Of a stretch of 64,000 nucleotides of DNA, positions 32,774 through 45,221 are shown one piece after another (positions within the stretch are counted from its first letter, which is position 1; each line of letters opens with the position of its first letter). The stretch is from an uncultured Flammeovirgaceae bacterium. Its GTDB lineage: Bacteria > Bacteroidota > Bacteroidia > Cytophagales > Cyclobacteriaceae. Below the pieces are notes generated by a model. It was not told the DNA's origin, did no database searches, and saw nothing but the letters and a program-made list of their open reading frames with translations. The stretch covers positions 159-64,158 of the forward strand of contig CAJWQD010000006.1 in assembly GCA_913045135.1 (NCBI GenBank), in the 5' to 3' direction. Made by a program: the position numbers and the translations under genes.

Positions 32774-33763
32774 ATGTCGATTTTAGCATTTCAAATGCCA
32801 GATAAGGTAGTCATGGAAAAGGCTGATGATTTTCATGGCCTCTTTACATTTAAACCTTTAGAAAAAGGTTATGGCGTTACGGTTGGTAACGCACTTCGAA
32901 GAATATTATTATCCTCCCTGGAGGGCTATGCCATCACTGAGATAAGAGTGCCTGGTGTACTACATGAGTTTTCAACCATAAATGGTATGGTCGAAGACGT
33001 AAGTGAATTGATTTTAAATCTCAAAATGGTGCGCTTTAAAAAAATTGCTGGAGCTGATGACGACAAAATAACGGTCAAGGTTTATGGAAAGGAGAAATTG
33101 ACTGGAGCTGACATTGGTATGTCTACGAACTCGTTTGAAATATTGAATCCAGATCACATTGTCTGTAAACTAGATAGTTCAGCCAAATTCGAATTAGAAT
33201 TGACCGTAGAAAAAGGGAGAGGTTATGTACCCGCTGAGGAAAATAAGAGTGAAGAACAAAACTTTGGCTGTATTGCAATTGACTCTATCTTTACTCCAAT
33301 AAAAAATGTTAAGTACAGTGTTGAAAATACTCGTGTTGAGCAAAAGACAGATTATGAACAACTAATACTTGATATTGAAACAGATGGATCTGTTCATCCC
33401 GAAAATGCCCTGAAAGGTGCTGCTAACATACTGATCCAGCACTTTATGTTGTTCTCAGATCAAAGTATGATATTGGATACTGCTACTAAGGGAGAACCTG
33501 AACAAGTGGATGAAGAATTGCTCCACATGCGAAAGTTGTTGAAAACATCTCTCAATGATCTTGATTTGTCGGTAAGAGCTTATAATTGTCTCAAAGCCGC
33601 TGAGGTTCGCTCTCTCGGCGACTTGGTAAATCTTGAAATTTCAGAAATGATGAAATTTCGAAACTTTGGAAAGAAATCATTGGCTGAATTAGAGCAATTG
33701 GTTGTTGAAAAAGGTTTAACCTTTGGAATGGATTTGTCAAAATATAAACTAGAAGAGGAATGA
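32774..33763 (+). CDS. rpoA: DNA-directed RNA polymerase subunit alpha
   Basis: 329 aa. [14 protein letters not shown] in the N-terminal domain. The C-terminal domain carries [21 protein letters not shown]. Confidence 0.98.
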   Translation: MSILAFQMPDKVVMEKADDFHGLFTFKPLEKGYGVTVGNALRRILLSSLEGYAITEIRVPGVLHEFSTINGMVEDVSELILNLKMVRFKKIAGADDDKITVKVYGKEKLTGADIGMSTNSFEILNPDHIVCKLDSSAKFELELTVEKGRGYVPAEENKSEEQNFGCIAIDSIFTPIKNVKYSVENTRVEQKTDYEQLILDIETDGSVHPENALKGAANILIQHFMLFSDQSMILDTATKGEPEQVDEELLHMRKLLKTSLNDLDLSVRAYNCLKAAEVRSLGDLVNLEISEMMKFRNFGKKSLAELEQLVVEKGLTFGMDLSKYKLEEE

Positions 33764-34314
33764 GACACGGAAAGAAGTTCAATCATTTAGGCAGGACTGC
33801 GTCTCACCGAAAAGCGTTGCTATCCAATATGGCATCTTCATTGATCAAATATAAGAGGATAAATACAACTGTAGCTAAGGCAAAAGCTTTAAGAAAGTAT
33901 GTTGAGCCTTTGATTACAAAGGCAAAGAGTAATACAACAAACTCAAGGAGAGTTGTCTTTAAATATTTGCAGGATAAAGAATCTATCATAGAACTATTTG
34001 CTGATATTGCTGAAAAAGTAGCAAATAGACCTGGAGGATACACTAGAATATTAAAAACAGATACTAGACTAGGGGATAATGCTGAGATGTGTGTTATGGA
34101 GCTTGTAGATTACAACGAATTATTGCTGGAAGAAAAAAAGCCAAAAATAGCAAAGCGTTCTAGAAGAAGGAAATCAAAGTCATCGTTATCCGAGTCGGTA
34201 GTAACGGAGGAGGCACAAACAGAAACAATTGAAACTGAGAAAGACGAAGTTGTAAATGAAGTTACTAAGTCTGAAACGAACGCTTCTAGCGATAAAGAAG
34301 ATGAAAAAATTTAA
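33760..34314 (+). CDS. rplQ: 50S ribosomal protein L17 with acidic/Ser-rich C-terminal extension
   Basis: 184 aa. [21 protein letters not shown] in the core. About 55 extra residues form a basic segment followed by an acidic tail ([11 protein letters not shown]...ETIETEKDE...SSDKEDEKI). Confidence 0.96.
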   Translation: MRHGKKFNHLGRTASHRKALLSNMASSLIKYKRINTTVAKAKALRKYVEPLITKAKSNTTNSRRVVFKYLQDKESIIELFADIAEKVANRPGGYTRILKTDTRLGDNAEMCVMELVDYNELLLEEKKPKIAKRSRRRKSKSSLSESVVTEEAQTETIETEKDEVVNEVTKSETNASSDKEDEKI

Positions 34315-34332
34315 ATAGTTTTAAAATAACTG

Positions 34333-34363
34333 AAGGATTGAGATTTCTCAGTCCTTTTTTTTT
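34333..34363 (+). terminator. rho-independent terminator after rplQ
   Basis: AAGGATTGAG (34333-34342), loop ATTT, CTCAGTCCTT (34347-34356). The 10-bp stem has one G-U pair and is followed by a T run to about 34363. Confidence 0.75.
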
Positions 34364-34435
34364 GTGCTTAAGACTGCAATTCAATTAATTTGTTTCATTA
34401 TTAAATAATATCTTTCTATTTTAATCAAGACGTTT

Positions 34436-36813
<2,378 letters not shown>

Positions 36814-36983
36814 ATACAATTTTGATAAAAAATGGATTATCTAGATTTTTATTTCTGCTTACTAAATGTAAGGTTGGACTAATTTTTTTGTTAAATTCCA
36901 AGTGATTCATTCGATCTTAAGTCCTATGAATTACACACTTTTTATCTGTATTTTCGAACTTTTTTTTTATCTTTATCCGTAAT

Positions 36984-37295
36984 ATGAAAAGCTTAATACA
37001 GCAGATACCCCCATATTTTAAAAGTATATACGTTTTAGGGACTCTTTCCTTCATTTTTTGGTTAACGATATTTGATTCCAATGATATTTTGACTCAATTT
37101 TCTCTGAGAAAAAAAGAAGCTGATTTGCAACAAACGAAAGGCTATTATCAAAAACAAATAGAAATCGTTGAGGCCGATCGTAAAGCATTATTTAGTAATC
37201 AAGATTTGCTAGAGCGCATTGCTAGAGAAAAATACTACATGAGTGCTGAAGGAGAAGATGTATATGTAATCATTTCATCATCTGGAGACAAGTAG
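36984..37295 (+). CDS. septum formation initiator family protein (FtsB/DivIC-like)
   Basis: 103 aa. N-terminal TM helix, then a coiled coil and ...RIAREKYYMSAEGEDVYVI. Sits in the conserved position after eno. Confidence 0.75.
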   Translation: MKSLIQQIPPYFKSIYVLGTLSFIFWLTIFDSNDILTQFSLRKKEADLQQTKGYYQKQIEIVEADRKALFSNQDLLERIAREKYYMSAEGEDVYVIISSSGDK

Positions 37296-37321
37296 GTCAG
37301 CTCAAGCCCAAAAGTCATTTT

Positions 37322-37825
37322 ATGAAGATTTGGATCTGCATTTTAATGATTGCTCTATCTCATTTTGCGTCAGCACAATTAAATGGTATTTTTGATAAAA
37401 TCTATTTTGGTGGGGGTTTTGGGCTCGATTTTAATCAAAATATATCCTCATTTAATTTAACACCTTACGCAGGTTATAAATTAACAGAATATTGGTCAGC
37501 CGGATTAGGTTTAAATTATCAATTTTGGCAAGACAAAATCTTAGATTTAAAAATAAATAATTTCGGAGGTAACGTTTTTGTCAGGTATAAAATTACGTCC
37601 CAAATATTTGTCTCTTCTAAATTAGAATATTTATCAGTAGACTTTATAAATAACCGTGAGGGGTTTTATAATCTTCCAGTAGGGGTGGGTTACGTGTTAC
37701 CCATATCAAGGATAGCTTCTTTGTATATGATAGGACAATATGATTTGTTATATGATGTAAATGAGACCAATGGGGCTTATTCAAGTCCATGGATTTTAGA
37801 GGCAGGCTTTGGATTTGGCTTTTAA
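37322..37825 (+). CDS. small outer-membrane beta-barrel protein (hypothetical)
   Basis: 167 aa. Signal peptide MKIWICILMIALSHFASAQ, alternating aromatic/Gly beta-strand pattern, and a C-terminal ...GFGFGF. Confidence 0.55.
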   Translation: MKIWICILMIALSHFASAQLNGIFDKIYFGGGFGLDFNQNISSFNLTPYAGYKLTEYWSAGLGLNYQFWQDKILDLKINNFGGNVFVRYKITSQIFVSSKLEYLSVDFINNREGFYNLPVGVGYVLPISRIASLYMIGQYDLLYDVNETNGAYSSPWILEAGFGFGF

Positions 37826-38895
37826 AATTTGACTTGATATTGTTCTGAGAGTGACTGCAAATCTTTCAATACGTTATCCAATAATGGAATCCCCTTTTTT
37901 CTTCTCATATGTTCCATTTTGCGCTCTGGGTCTCCAGGTATGATTACTTTTTTAGTTTCATTTATTGGTTTTGCATTTTTAAATCGTTGTATCCATATAT
38001 CCATGTGTTTTTTGAATTCGGACTCAGGCCTAAATGCATCGATTCTAAAAGCACCGAAAAAATGTCCAACCCCCTCTCCAACTGGATTGGGATCCGGATC
38101 TAAAAAAGAAACAAAGGGAGGCACCCAAGGGCCATAATTTGCTCCAGAAAGTACTCCAGATAAGATATCCACCACACTTCCTAATATGAACCCTTTGTGA
38201 GATCCATGATCTTTATCCCCACCAAGGGGTAAGAGGGCACCGCCCTCAACAATACCTTGCGCTTCTTGTGTGGGATGACCCTCTTTATCTTGTAACCAAC
38301 CCAATGGAGCAGACTCATTCTTTCTTTGCAGTATTTCAAGTTTACCGTTGGCTGCTGTTGTAGTAGCCATATCAGCTACGAATGGAGGCTCTTTACCTGC
38401 AGGAATTGCCATAGAAATAGGATTGGTTCCTAACAAACGCTCTTTGGCGAAAGTAGGGGCAACTAGTGGGCTCGCATTGGTCATTGATATACCGATACAA
38501 TCTGCTTTTAATGCCATCATGGCGTGATAACCTGCTATACCATAGTGATTGGAGTTTTTTACGGCAACCCACCCTGTTCCTACCTTTTTAGCTTTTTCTA
38601 TCGCCAACCGCATTGCATAAGGACCGGAAACAAGTCCAATACCAGCATCACCGTCTACTACAGCAGTACTAGGGGTCTCATGAACCACACTTAGTTGTGG
38701 TTTGGTATTGATTCTTTTCTTCTCAAATAGTTGTAGGTAGCCCATTAACCTCGCTACACCATGAGAGTCCACTCCTCTTAAATCTGCGCTCAAAAGCACA
38801 TTTGCCGCTTCAATGGCTTGTTCACGAGAACAGCCAATTTTTATAAATAAATTTAGAGCAAATTGGTGAAGTCGATCAAAGGAATAGGTAGTCAT
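37822..38895 (-). CDS. Ldh_2 family (malate/L-lactate/sulfolactate dehydrogenase-like) oxidoreductase
   Basis: 357 aa. DLRGVDSHGVARL and KNSNHYGIAGYHAMMA are characteristic of the type-2 Ldh family. Confidence 0.8.
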   Translation of the reverse strand: MTTYSFDRLHQFALNLFIKIGCSREQAIEAANVLLSADLRGVDSHGVARLMGYLQLFEKKRINTKPQLSVVHETPSTAVVDGDAGIGLVSGPYAMRLAIEKAKKVGTGWVAVKNSNHYGIAGYHAMMALKADCIGISMTNASPLVAPTFAKERLLGTNPISMAIPAGKEPPFVADMATTTAANGKLEILQRKNESAPLGWLQDKEGHPTQEAQGIVEGGALLPLGGDKDHGSHKGFILGSVVDILSGVLSGANYGPWVPPFVSFLDPDPNPVGEGVGHFFGAFRIDAFRPESEFKKHMDIWIQRFKNAKPINETKKVIIPGDPERKMEHMRRKKGIPLLDNVLKDLQSLSEQYQVKF

Positions 38896-39854
38896 GTATC
38901 AATATTTTTTTTATGATTTTTTTTTTGAATTTTGTGAGATTTAATGATTTGGAGTAATGCTCCTTCTTTCATGGCATAGGAGGAAATACGCGTAGTTTCT
39001 AGTTTTATTTTTTTGAGGATGAATTTGATAAGTATAGAAGCTATTACAATCATATCCACCCTCAGTTCAATCATTCCAGGAATTAAAAGGCGTTCTTGTT
39101 TGTTTTTCGCAATTATTTCTTTCAAAATTTGTAGCATTCCATTTTGTGAAATGGGAAGTTCAGTTTCCTTTTCTTGAGCATATTCGTTTATTTTTCTTTG
39201 ATAAATTTCACTTAAGGTTTCAAAGGTTCCCGATGATCCAATCAGCGTTTTAGGGCCATAGAGATCACAGGCCTCAAATAGAGGTTGAAGATTTATTTCT
39301 AGATAGCTTTCGATAGTCGATATTTCAGGTGTTGTAATTGGGTCATTTTTATGAAATTCTTCCATCAACCGTTGGCCACCTATTTCAAAGCTTTTCATCC
39401 AAATAGGCTCAAGCCCTTTTGAAATAATAAATTCAATACTACCACCACCGATATCCATGATTAAACATATTTCAGTGTCAATATTCAAAGCTTCACATAC
39501 GCCATAATGGATATACGAAGCTTCTTCAATGCCCGAGATAATACGAGGTTCAATACCTACCTCTTTTTTGATTTTATGCATGAGAAATTGTTGGTTTCTC
39601 GCATTTCTGATAGCACTGGTTGCGAAGGCATAAATTTCGTAGATATGGGCAGAATCTATTTGTTTTTTGAAGGATCTTAATGCAATTAGGCAGCGATCAA
39701 TAGCATCGTCGTTTATATTTCTTTGATTAATTCCATTGGCACCAATTTTCGCAGCAATCTTTTCTTTATAAAAGATTTCAAATGTTTCATTTTCAACCTT
39801 CACCAATAAAAGATGGAAGGTATTAGTTCCCATGTCAATAATAGCTAGATTCAT
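38892..39854 (-). CDS. Ppx/GppA family exopolyphosphatase/phosphatase
   Basis: 320 aa. MNLAIIDMGTNTFHLLL and DIGGGSIEF ASKHA-fold motifs. 4-nt overlap with the downstream Ldh_2 gene. Confidence 0.8.
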   Translation of the reverse strand: MNLAIIDMGTNTFHLLLVKVENETFEIFYKEKIAAKIGANGINQRNINDDAIDRCLIALRSFKKQIDSAHIYEIYAFATSAIRNARNQQFLMHKIKKEVGIEPRIISGIEEASYIHYGVCEALNIDTEICLIMDIGGGSIEFIISKGLEPIWMKSFEIGGQRLMEEFHKNDPITTPEISTIESYLEINLQPLFEACDLYGPKTLIGSSGTFETLSEIYQRKINEYAQEKETELPISQNGMLQILKEIIAKNKQERLLIPGMIELRVDMIVIASILIKFILKKIKLETTRISSYAMKEGALLQIIKSHKIQKKNHKKNIDT

Positions 39855-40026
39855 AGGCTAAATGCTGCCTCGCGAATCTAAACTTTTAAGCAATAAAGAC
39901 CTAATACATTTGTGATAATCCTTGACAACTTCTTTGTAATTAAGATGTACATTATTGTTTTCACAATATATTTGAGTTTACAAACTTACTTAACTGGTTT
40001 TTATTTTAATTAAAAGCCCATTTGTT

Positions 40027-40737
40027 ATGAGGATGAAAAAACAAAAAGTAGCTATTGTTACGGCGGGCAGTAAAGGGATTGGTGCTGCTTGTGCGAGACA
40101 ACTTGCATCTGAGGACTATAAGCTTGTTTTGATGTCTCGTTCGGACAGTTTGTTTGCTCTTTGCGATCAACTAGATGCTAGGCCCATACAAGGATCTATT
40201 AAAGACGGGAATGACATTGTAAGATTGGTCGATTTTACATTTGAGAAGTATGGAAGGATTGATGCTGTGATATGTAATACTGGTCATGCGAACAAGGGGC
40301 CTTTATTTTCTCTAACCGATTCAGATTGGGAAGAAGGTGTCAATTTATTACTAATGAATGTAGTAAGATTGGCAAGATTGGTTGGCCCCATTATGGTAAA
40401 GCAAAAAGTAGGAGCCTTGGTTAATATCTCTACGTTTGGTGCTAAAGAGCCCTCTTTATCCTTTCCTATTTCATCAGTAATAAGGGCTGCCGTATCTAAC
40501 TATTGTAAATTATTTGCTTCGGAATTGGGTCATGCCAATGTGAGGATGAACAATATTCTGCCCGGATTTATCAATTCATATCCGGCAAATGAACAAACTA
40601 TTAATCAAATTCCCATGCTTCGGCAAGGGACCCCTACAGAGGTAGCAGAATTAGCTTCTTTTTTAGTATCAGATAAGGCTGCTTATATCACAGGCCAAGA
40701 TTTTGTGATTGATGGTGGATTGACAAAATCAATTTAA
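40027..40737 (+). CDS. SDR family oxidoreductase
   Basis: 236 aa. VAIVTAGSKGIGAA Rossmann motif with SDR-like length and layout. Confidence 0.8.
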   Translation: MRMKKQKVAIVTAGSKGIGAACARQLASEDYKLVLMSRSDSLFALCDQLDARPIQGSIKDGNDIVRLVDFTFEKYGRIDAVICNTGHANKGPLFSLTDSDWEEGVNLLLMNVVRLARLVGPIMVKQKVGALVNISTFGAKEPSLSFPISSVIRAAVSNYCKLFASELGHANVRMNNILPGFINSYPANEQTINQIPMLRQGTPTEVAELASFLVSDKAAYITGQDFVIDGGLTKSI

Positions 40738-40750
40738 AATAACTATTATT

Positions 40751-41821
40751 ATGGATCAAAAAAGTAAAGACTTTTTATACAAATATCTCAATAATCCATC
40801 ACCGACAGGTTTTGAAGAGGGGGGACAAAGAATATGGCTTGATTATATGCGGCCGTACATAGATGATTACATTTCTGATACATATGGAACCGTTGTAGGT
40901 GTTGTCAATCCAAAGGCATCCTATAAGGTGGTTATTGAGGCACATGCCGATGAAATTTCTTGGTTTGTAAATTATATAGACGATAAGGGCTATATATATG
41001 TTATCCGGAATGGAGGATCAGATCATCAGATTGCTCCCTCTATGCGTGTAAACCTTCATACACGTAAAAAGGGAATAGTAAAAGGAATCTTCGGTTGGCC
41101 TGCCATTCATGTGCGAAAGGAGAAAGAAGATGCACCAACATTAAAAAATATTTTTGTTGATGTAGGAGCTAGTAGCAAAGCTGATGTTGAGGAGATGGGA
41201 ATACATCCTGGTACTGTAATTACCTTCAATGATGACTTGATGGAACTTGGAGAAAAATATTATACCGGAAGGGCCTTGGATAATAGAATAGGAGGTTTTA
41301 TTATAGCAGAAGTTGTTAGAAGGATTAAAGAACAAAAGATCATACTTCCTTTTGGTTTATATGCTGTTAATGCTGTTCAAGAGGAGACAGGATTACGCGG
41401 TGCAGAAATGATTTCTAGGCGAATTAAGCCGGACGTAGCTATAATAACTGATGTAACTCACGACACGAATTCGCCGATGTATGATAAGAAAAATAATGGG
41501 GATATTAAAATAGGTAAAGGCCCTACTGTATCTTATGCACCGGCTGTACAACAAAATCTCAGAGATTTGATTGTGGAAGTAGCTGAAAAAAATGAAATTC
41601 CTTTTCAACGATTGGCCTCCTCCCGATTTACAGGTACAGACACAGATGCTTTTGCATACTCCGGATTGGGAGTAGCTTCAGCTTTGATTTCATTACCTCT
41701 TAAATATATGCACACTACAGTTGAAACGGTGGCAAAAGTAGATGTTGAGCATGTGATTAATTTGATTTTTGAGACTATCAAAACCATAGATTCAGCACAA
41801 GATTTTAGATATATAAAATAA
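40751..41821 (+). CDS. M42 family metallopeptidase (glutamyl aminopeptidase/FrvX-like)
   Basis: 356 aa. IEAHADEI, GRALDNRIGG and QEETGLRGA motifs. Confidence 0.85.
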   Translation: MDQKSKDFLYKYLNNPSPTGFEEGGQRIWLDYMRPYIDDYISDTYGTVVGVVNPKASYKVVIEAHADEISWFVNYIDDKGYIYVIRNGGSDHQIAPSMRVNLHTRKKGIVKGIFGWPAIHVRKEKEDAPTLKNIFVDVGASSKADVEEMGIHPGTVITFNDDLMELGEKYYTGRALDNRIGGFIIAEVVRRIKEQKIILPFGLYAVNAVQEETGLRGAEMISRRIKPDVAIITDVTHDTNSPMYDKKNNGDIKIGKGPTVSYAPAVQQNLRDLIVEVAEKNEIPFQRLASSRFTGTDTDAFAYSGLGVASALISLPLKYMHTTVETVAKVDVEHVINLIFETIKTIDSAQDFRYIK

Positions 41822-42585
41822 TGAATAAGTTGTCAAATCAAAAAATCAATCGAGCTATAGGCCGCTAGATTCATGATTTTGAAATGATTACTTCTGGAGA
41901 CAAATATTAGTTGCAATTAATTGAGAAAAAAGATAGCTTGTATACGCTTTATTTTTCAAAAAAGTATCAGAAAAAAGAGTCCATAAATTTTCAAATTTTA
42001 GACGTAAATGTAGGTGAAAAATAGCCTAGATTTACTGTTGAAATTTTATTAAAAATTTTCGAAAAATGTCAGATAGCCTATGAAATTATTGTGTTCGATA
42101 TTTACCGATTAGTTGCTGAAAAAAACCTTCCAGGGAAGAGTTGCTGTTCACTTTGTAGTAGATTGAAGACATTTATTTTGTATGATTCAGCGAGAAAATT
42201 TGGATGTAACAAAATAGCCTTAGGTTATCATAGGGAGTATGCAATGGAAACCTTCATGATGAATATATTTTTTTCAGGCCAATTTGGATCTATGCCGGGT
42301 CACTATAAGATTCAAACAGAAGATTTATATGTAATAAGACCCTTATTTTCTGTTCAAGAGGACTGGATAACAGATTTTGTCCAGGCTCAGGAATGGCCTA
42401 TTATTTCTTGTAATCTTTGTGGATCGCAGGAGTATCTAAAGTCCCGAGAGATGAAGGAGTCATTAATTGAGCTGCAGCAGCGTCATCCAAAATTAAGGGA
42501 TACGGCTTTTCGATCTCTTCATAATCGTAAACCTAAGTTTCTTTTTGATAAAAAGTTATGGGAGACAGAAATCCCCGGAATATAA
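41821..42585 (+). pseudogene. ttcA: tRNA 2-thiocytidine(32) synthetase TtcA-like pseudogene (three in-frame TAG codons, degenerate PP-loop)
   Basis: A single 255-codon frame runs from ATG 41821 (taATG overlap with the M42 stop) to TAA 42583-42585. TAG codons sit at 41866, 41908 and 42022. The translation keeps TtcA landmarks (IHDFEMI, KDS, CSLCSRL, IALGYH, IRPL, CNLCGSQ). The SGGKDS PP-loop reads IEKKDS and GHHRDD reads GYHREY. The track ORF 42091..42585 is only the GTG-started tail. Confidence 0.78.
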
Positions 42586-42592
42586 TTGTACT

Positions 42593-43357
42593 ATGGATTT
42601 ATTATTAAATAATAAAGTAGCTTTCGTCGCGGCATCAAGTCAGGGGCTGGGTTATGCAGTAGCTAGGGAATTATTGCAAGAAGGTTGTCATGTCATTATT
42701 TCAGGTAGAAAAATAAATAATTTAAAATATGCGGCACAGACTTTGTCTGATTTTGGAAAAGGCAAGATTTTGGCTTTGGCCGGAGATGTATCTGATGAAA
42801 GTGATTGCAATCGGATGATCAAAGCATCTCTAGATGAATTTAAGACCATAGATATTTTGATTACTAATTCAGGAGGGCCTCCCTCGGGAAGTTTCGATCA
42901 ATTTTCCTTGAATGATTGGGAAGCTGCCTATCATTTGCTTTTGGGCAGCACCTTAGCCTTAATAAAGGGATTTTTACCCCAAATGAAGGCACAAAAATGG
43001 GGAAGAATTGTGGCCATTACCTCACAGGCAGTTAAGCAACCAGTAGATGGATTAATTCTTTCAAATAGTGTGCGCGCGGCAGTTTCGGGATTAATTAAAA
43101 GCCTTTCTAATGAGCTAGGAGCTTATAACATAACAGTTAATAATCTCTTGCCAGGTTCTACTGAAACAGGAAGGTTAAAAAATTTACTAAAAGTGAATCC
43201 GTCCTTCAAAGACAGTATAAAAAATATACCTTTAGGACGTTTTGGTCAGCCCCATGAATTTGCGGCAGCTGTTGCTTTTTTTGTCAGTGAACGGGCTAGT
43301 TATATAACAGGAACTTCGTTAGCTGTAGACGGAGGAAGTATTAAAAATATTTTGTAA
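42593..43357 (+). CDS. SDR family oxidoreductase (FabG-like)
   Basis: Start set at ATG 42593 (MDLLLNNKVAFVAASSQGLGYA). LITNSGGP and NNLLPG motifs. The track start 42545 lies inside the ttcA remnant. Confidence 0.82.
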   Translation: MDLLLNNKVAFVAASSQGLGYAVARELLQEGCHVIISGRKINNLKYAAQTLSDFGKGKILALAGDVSDESDCNRMIKASLDEFKTIDILITNSGGPPSGSFDQFSLNDWEAAYHLLLGSTLALIKGFLPQMKAQKWGRIVAITSQAVKQPVDGLILSNSVRAAVSGLIKSLSNELGAYNITVNNLLPGSTETGRLKNLLKVNPSFKDSIKNIPLGRFGQPHEFAAAVAFFVSERASYITGTSLAVDGGSIKNIL

Positions 43358-43400
43358 ACATTATAAGTGAGAAATTTCAATGGATCACATCACAATGACA

Positions 43401-43937
43401 TTACATTCGAATTTGAAGTTTCTTTACATTTGGGATTGCTTCCGGACTAATCTCCACGAAGTAGACCCAGTCATATTCTGTTTCTTCCAAATTAGGATAG
43501 TCGGTACCTGATAATACATTAATCAATTGAGGTGTAGTGTTTGAATGACCGACGATAATTACCGTTTCCCCCATATGTGCGTTTAATAGTTTCTGGGCAA
43601 ATGAATCAAGCTCATAAGGATTGTAATTTAATATTTCCAATTGCTTGGCTTTGGCCAATGGCTTAGCTGTATCTATAGACCTTCGGTAGGGGCTAGCATA
43701 AACTGCATCAATGTCAATGGCTTCGAATATGTGTACTAGCTCATTGGCTCGTTGCCAACCCTTAGTGGATAGCTGTGGATCATTATTTGAGGAAAGTATT
43801 TTTTCAGCATGTCTTATGAGAATAAAAGAAGCCGATCTTCTTTGGTCAGGTTGACAAGAGTTAAAAATGAGGAAAACCCCTAAGATGAGCAATATCTTAA
43901 AGAAATATTTTGAATTATTGTTACAAATATTTAGCAC
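43401..43937 (-). CDS. histidine phosphatase family protein (SixA-like), probable lipoprotein
   Basis: 178 aa. FILIRHAEK (RHG-type motif) and VGHSNT. The N-terminal signal has a lipobox-like LIFNSC. 7-nt overlap with aroA. Confidence 0.72.
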   Translation of the reverse strand: MLNICNNNSKYFFKILLILGVFLIFNSCQPDQRRSASFILIRHAEKILSSNNDPQLSTKGWQRANELVHIFEAIDIDAVYASPYRRSIDTAKPLAKAKQLEILNYNPYELDSFAQKLLNAHMGETVIIVGHSNTTPQLINVLSGTDYPNLEETEYDWVYFVEISPEAIPNVKKLQIRM

Positions 43938-45154
43938 TTATTAAAGATAATGCCTACAGATTTTAAATCCACCCAATAGCCAGGATAAGATTTTTTAACT
44001 ACATCTATGTTTTTAATAGTAAGGGGTTTAATCATGCATATTGGAGCAAAGGACATGGCCATTCTGTGATCATCATATGTTTCTATTGTTTCAATGTCCT
44101 CTGGAATGGTACCAGGCGTTAACTTCCAGTATCTATTTTCTTCATGCAAAAGACTTCCAATTTTAAGTAGTTCTTTTTTCATGGCTTGGATTCGATCTGT
44201 TTCTTTTATTTTCAAGCTTTCAAGACCAGTCATGATTAATTTAATTCCTTTGATGGCGGCGACTACCATGACAGTTTGAGCTAGATCAGGACAATTTTTA
44301 AAATCAAGGGTTTGATTTAATTCAGAAACTGGAATTGAGGTCAGTTTAACTCCATCCGATATAAATTCAGTTTCGACTCCCATCTTCGACATGATATTAA
44401 TAATGTTTTGATCTCCTTGAAAACTTCGAGCACGCAGTCCTCGAAGGGTTATATTGCTTTCTTTATTTAAGGCAACCATGCTGTACCAGTAGCTTGCGCC
44501 CGACCAATCACTTTCAATAGTATAAGATCGTCCTTGATATCGCTGTGATTTTATGTTTATGTATTGATTTTTCCAGGTACTTTTGATGCCAAAATGGTCC
44601 ATTAGTGCCAAGGTCATCTCTATGTAGGGTCTCGAAAAAATTTCACCGATTAGTTTAATTGAAATACCATCAGGTAGTATGGGACCTATCATGAGCAAGG
44701 CACTAATGTATTGACTACTGATATTACCTGGGATACTTATTTTTTGAGATTGAAAATTATTTTTTTGTGCGCTAATGCGTAAAGGAGGAAATCCTTCTTT
44801 TTCGAGATAATCTATTTTGGCGCCAAACTTACGAAGGGCATCCACCAAGAGTTTGATAGGTCGTTCTTTCATACGATTAGACCCCGTAATCGTTTCTCCT
44901 GAGCCTGTAATGGCAAGATACGCTGTACAAAATCGCATAGTAGTACCGGCATCAAGTACATCCCAAACAGGTTGTCTATCTGAGAGTAAACGTCGCATGG
45001 TTTGAGTATCACGAGCATCTGATATATTTTTTAATTGTAATTGATTACCAGAGAGTGCATTTATAATCAATGTTCGGTTGCTTTCACTCTTTGAGGATGA
45101 TAAGGTAATATTGCCGTTCAGTGGCTGAGAATAATGGTCAAGTCTATATTTCAT
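43931..45154 (-). CDS. aroA: 3-phosphoshikimate 1-carboxyvinyltransferase (EPSP synthase)
   Basis: 407 aa. LSSSKSESNR, DAGTTMRF, KERP and DHRMAMSFA motifs. Confidence 0.92.
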   Translation of the reverse strand: MKYRLDHYSQPLNGNITLSSSKSESNRTLIINALSGNQLQLKNISDARDTQTMRRLLSDRQPVWDVLDAGTTMRFCTAYLAITGSGETITGSNRMKERPIKLLVDALRKFGAKIDYLEKEGFPPLRISAQKNNFQSQKISIPGNISSQYISALLMIGPILPDGISIKLIGEIFSRPYIEMTLALMDHFGIKSTWKNQYINIKSQRYQGRSYTIESDWSGASYWYSMVALNKESNITLRGLRARSFQGDQNIINIMSKMGVETEFISDGVKLTSIPVSELNQTLDFKNCPDLAQTVMVVAAIKGIKLIMTGLESLKIKETDRIQAMKKELLKIGSLLHEENRYWKLTPGTIPEDIETIETYDDHRMAMSFAPICMIKPLTIKNIDVVKKSYPGYWVDLKSVGIIFNKC

Positions 45155-45221
45155 GATTTATTACAGGTAAAAAATAATAAAAAGTGTAATCTATAGGCTG
45201 TAAAATTTACGAATGACTTAC

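Noticed and set aside
41866-42024. Possibility that the three in-frame TAG codons in the ttcA-like frame reflect TAG reassignment, pyrrolysine or programmed read-through
   Set aside because: TAG is used as a genuine terminator by essential, highly expressed genes in the same window: rpoC (16969-16971, immediately followed by the next ATG), rpsE (29031-29033) and rpmJ (31318-31320). In addition, the catalytic PP-loop and other invariant residues of the ttcA-like frame are mutated. A pseudogene is the simpler explanation.
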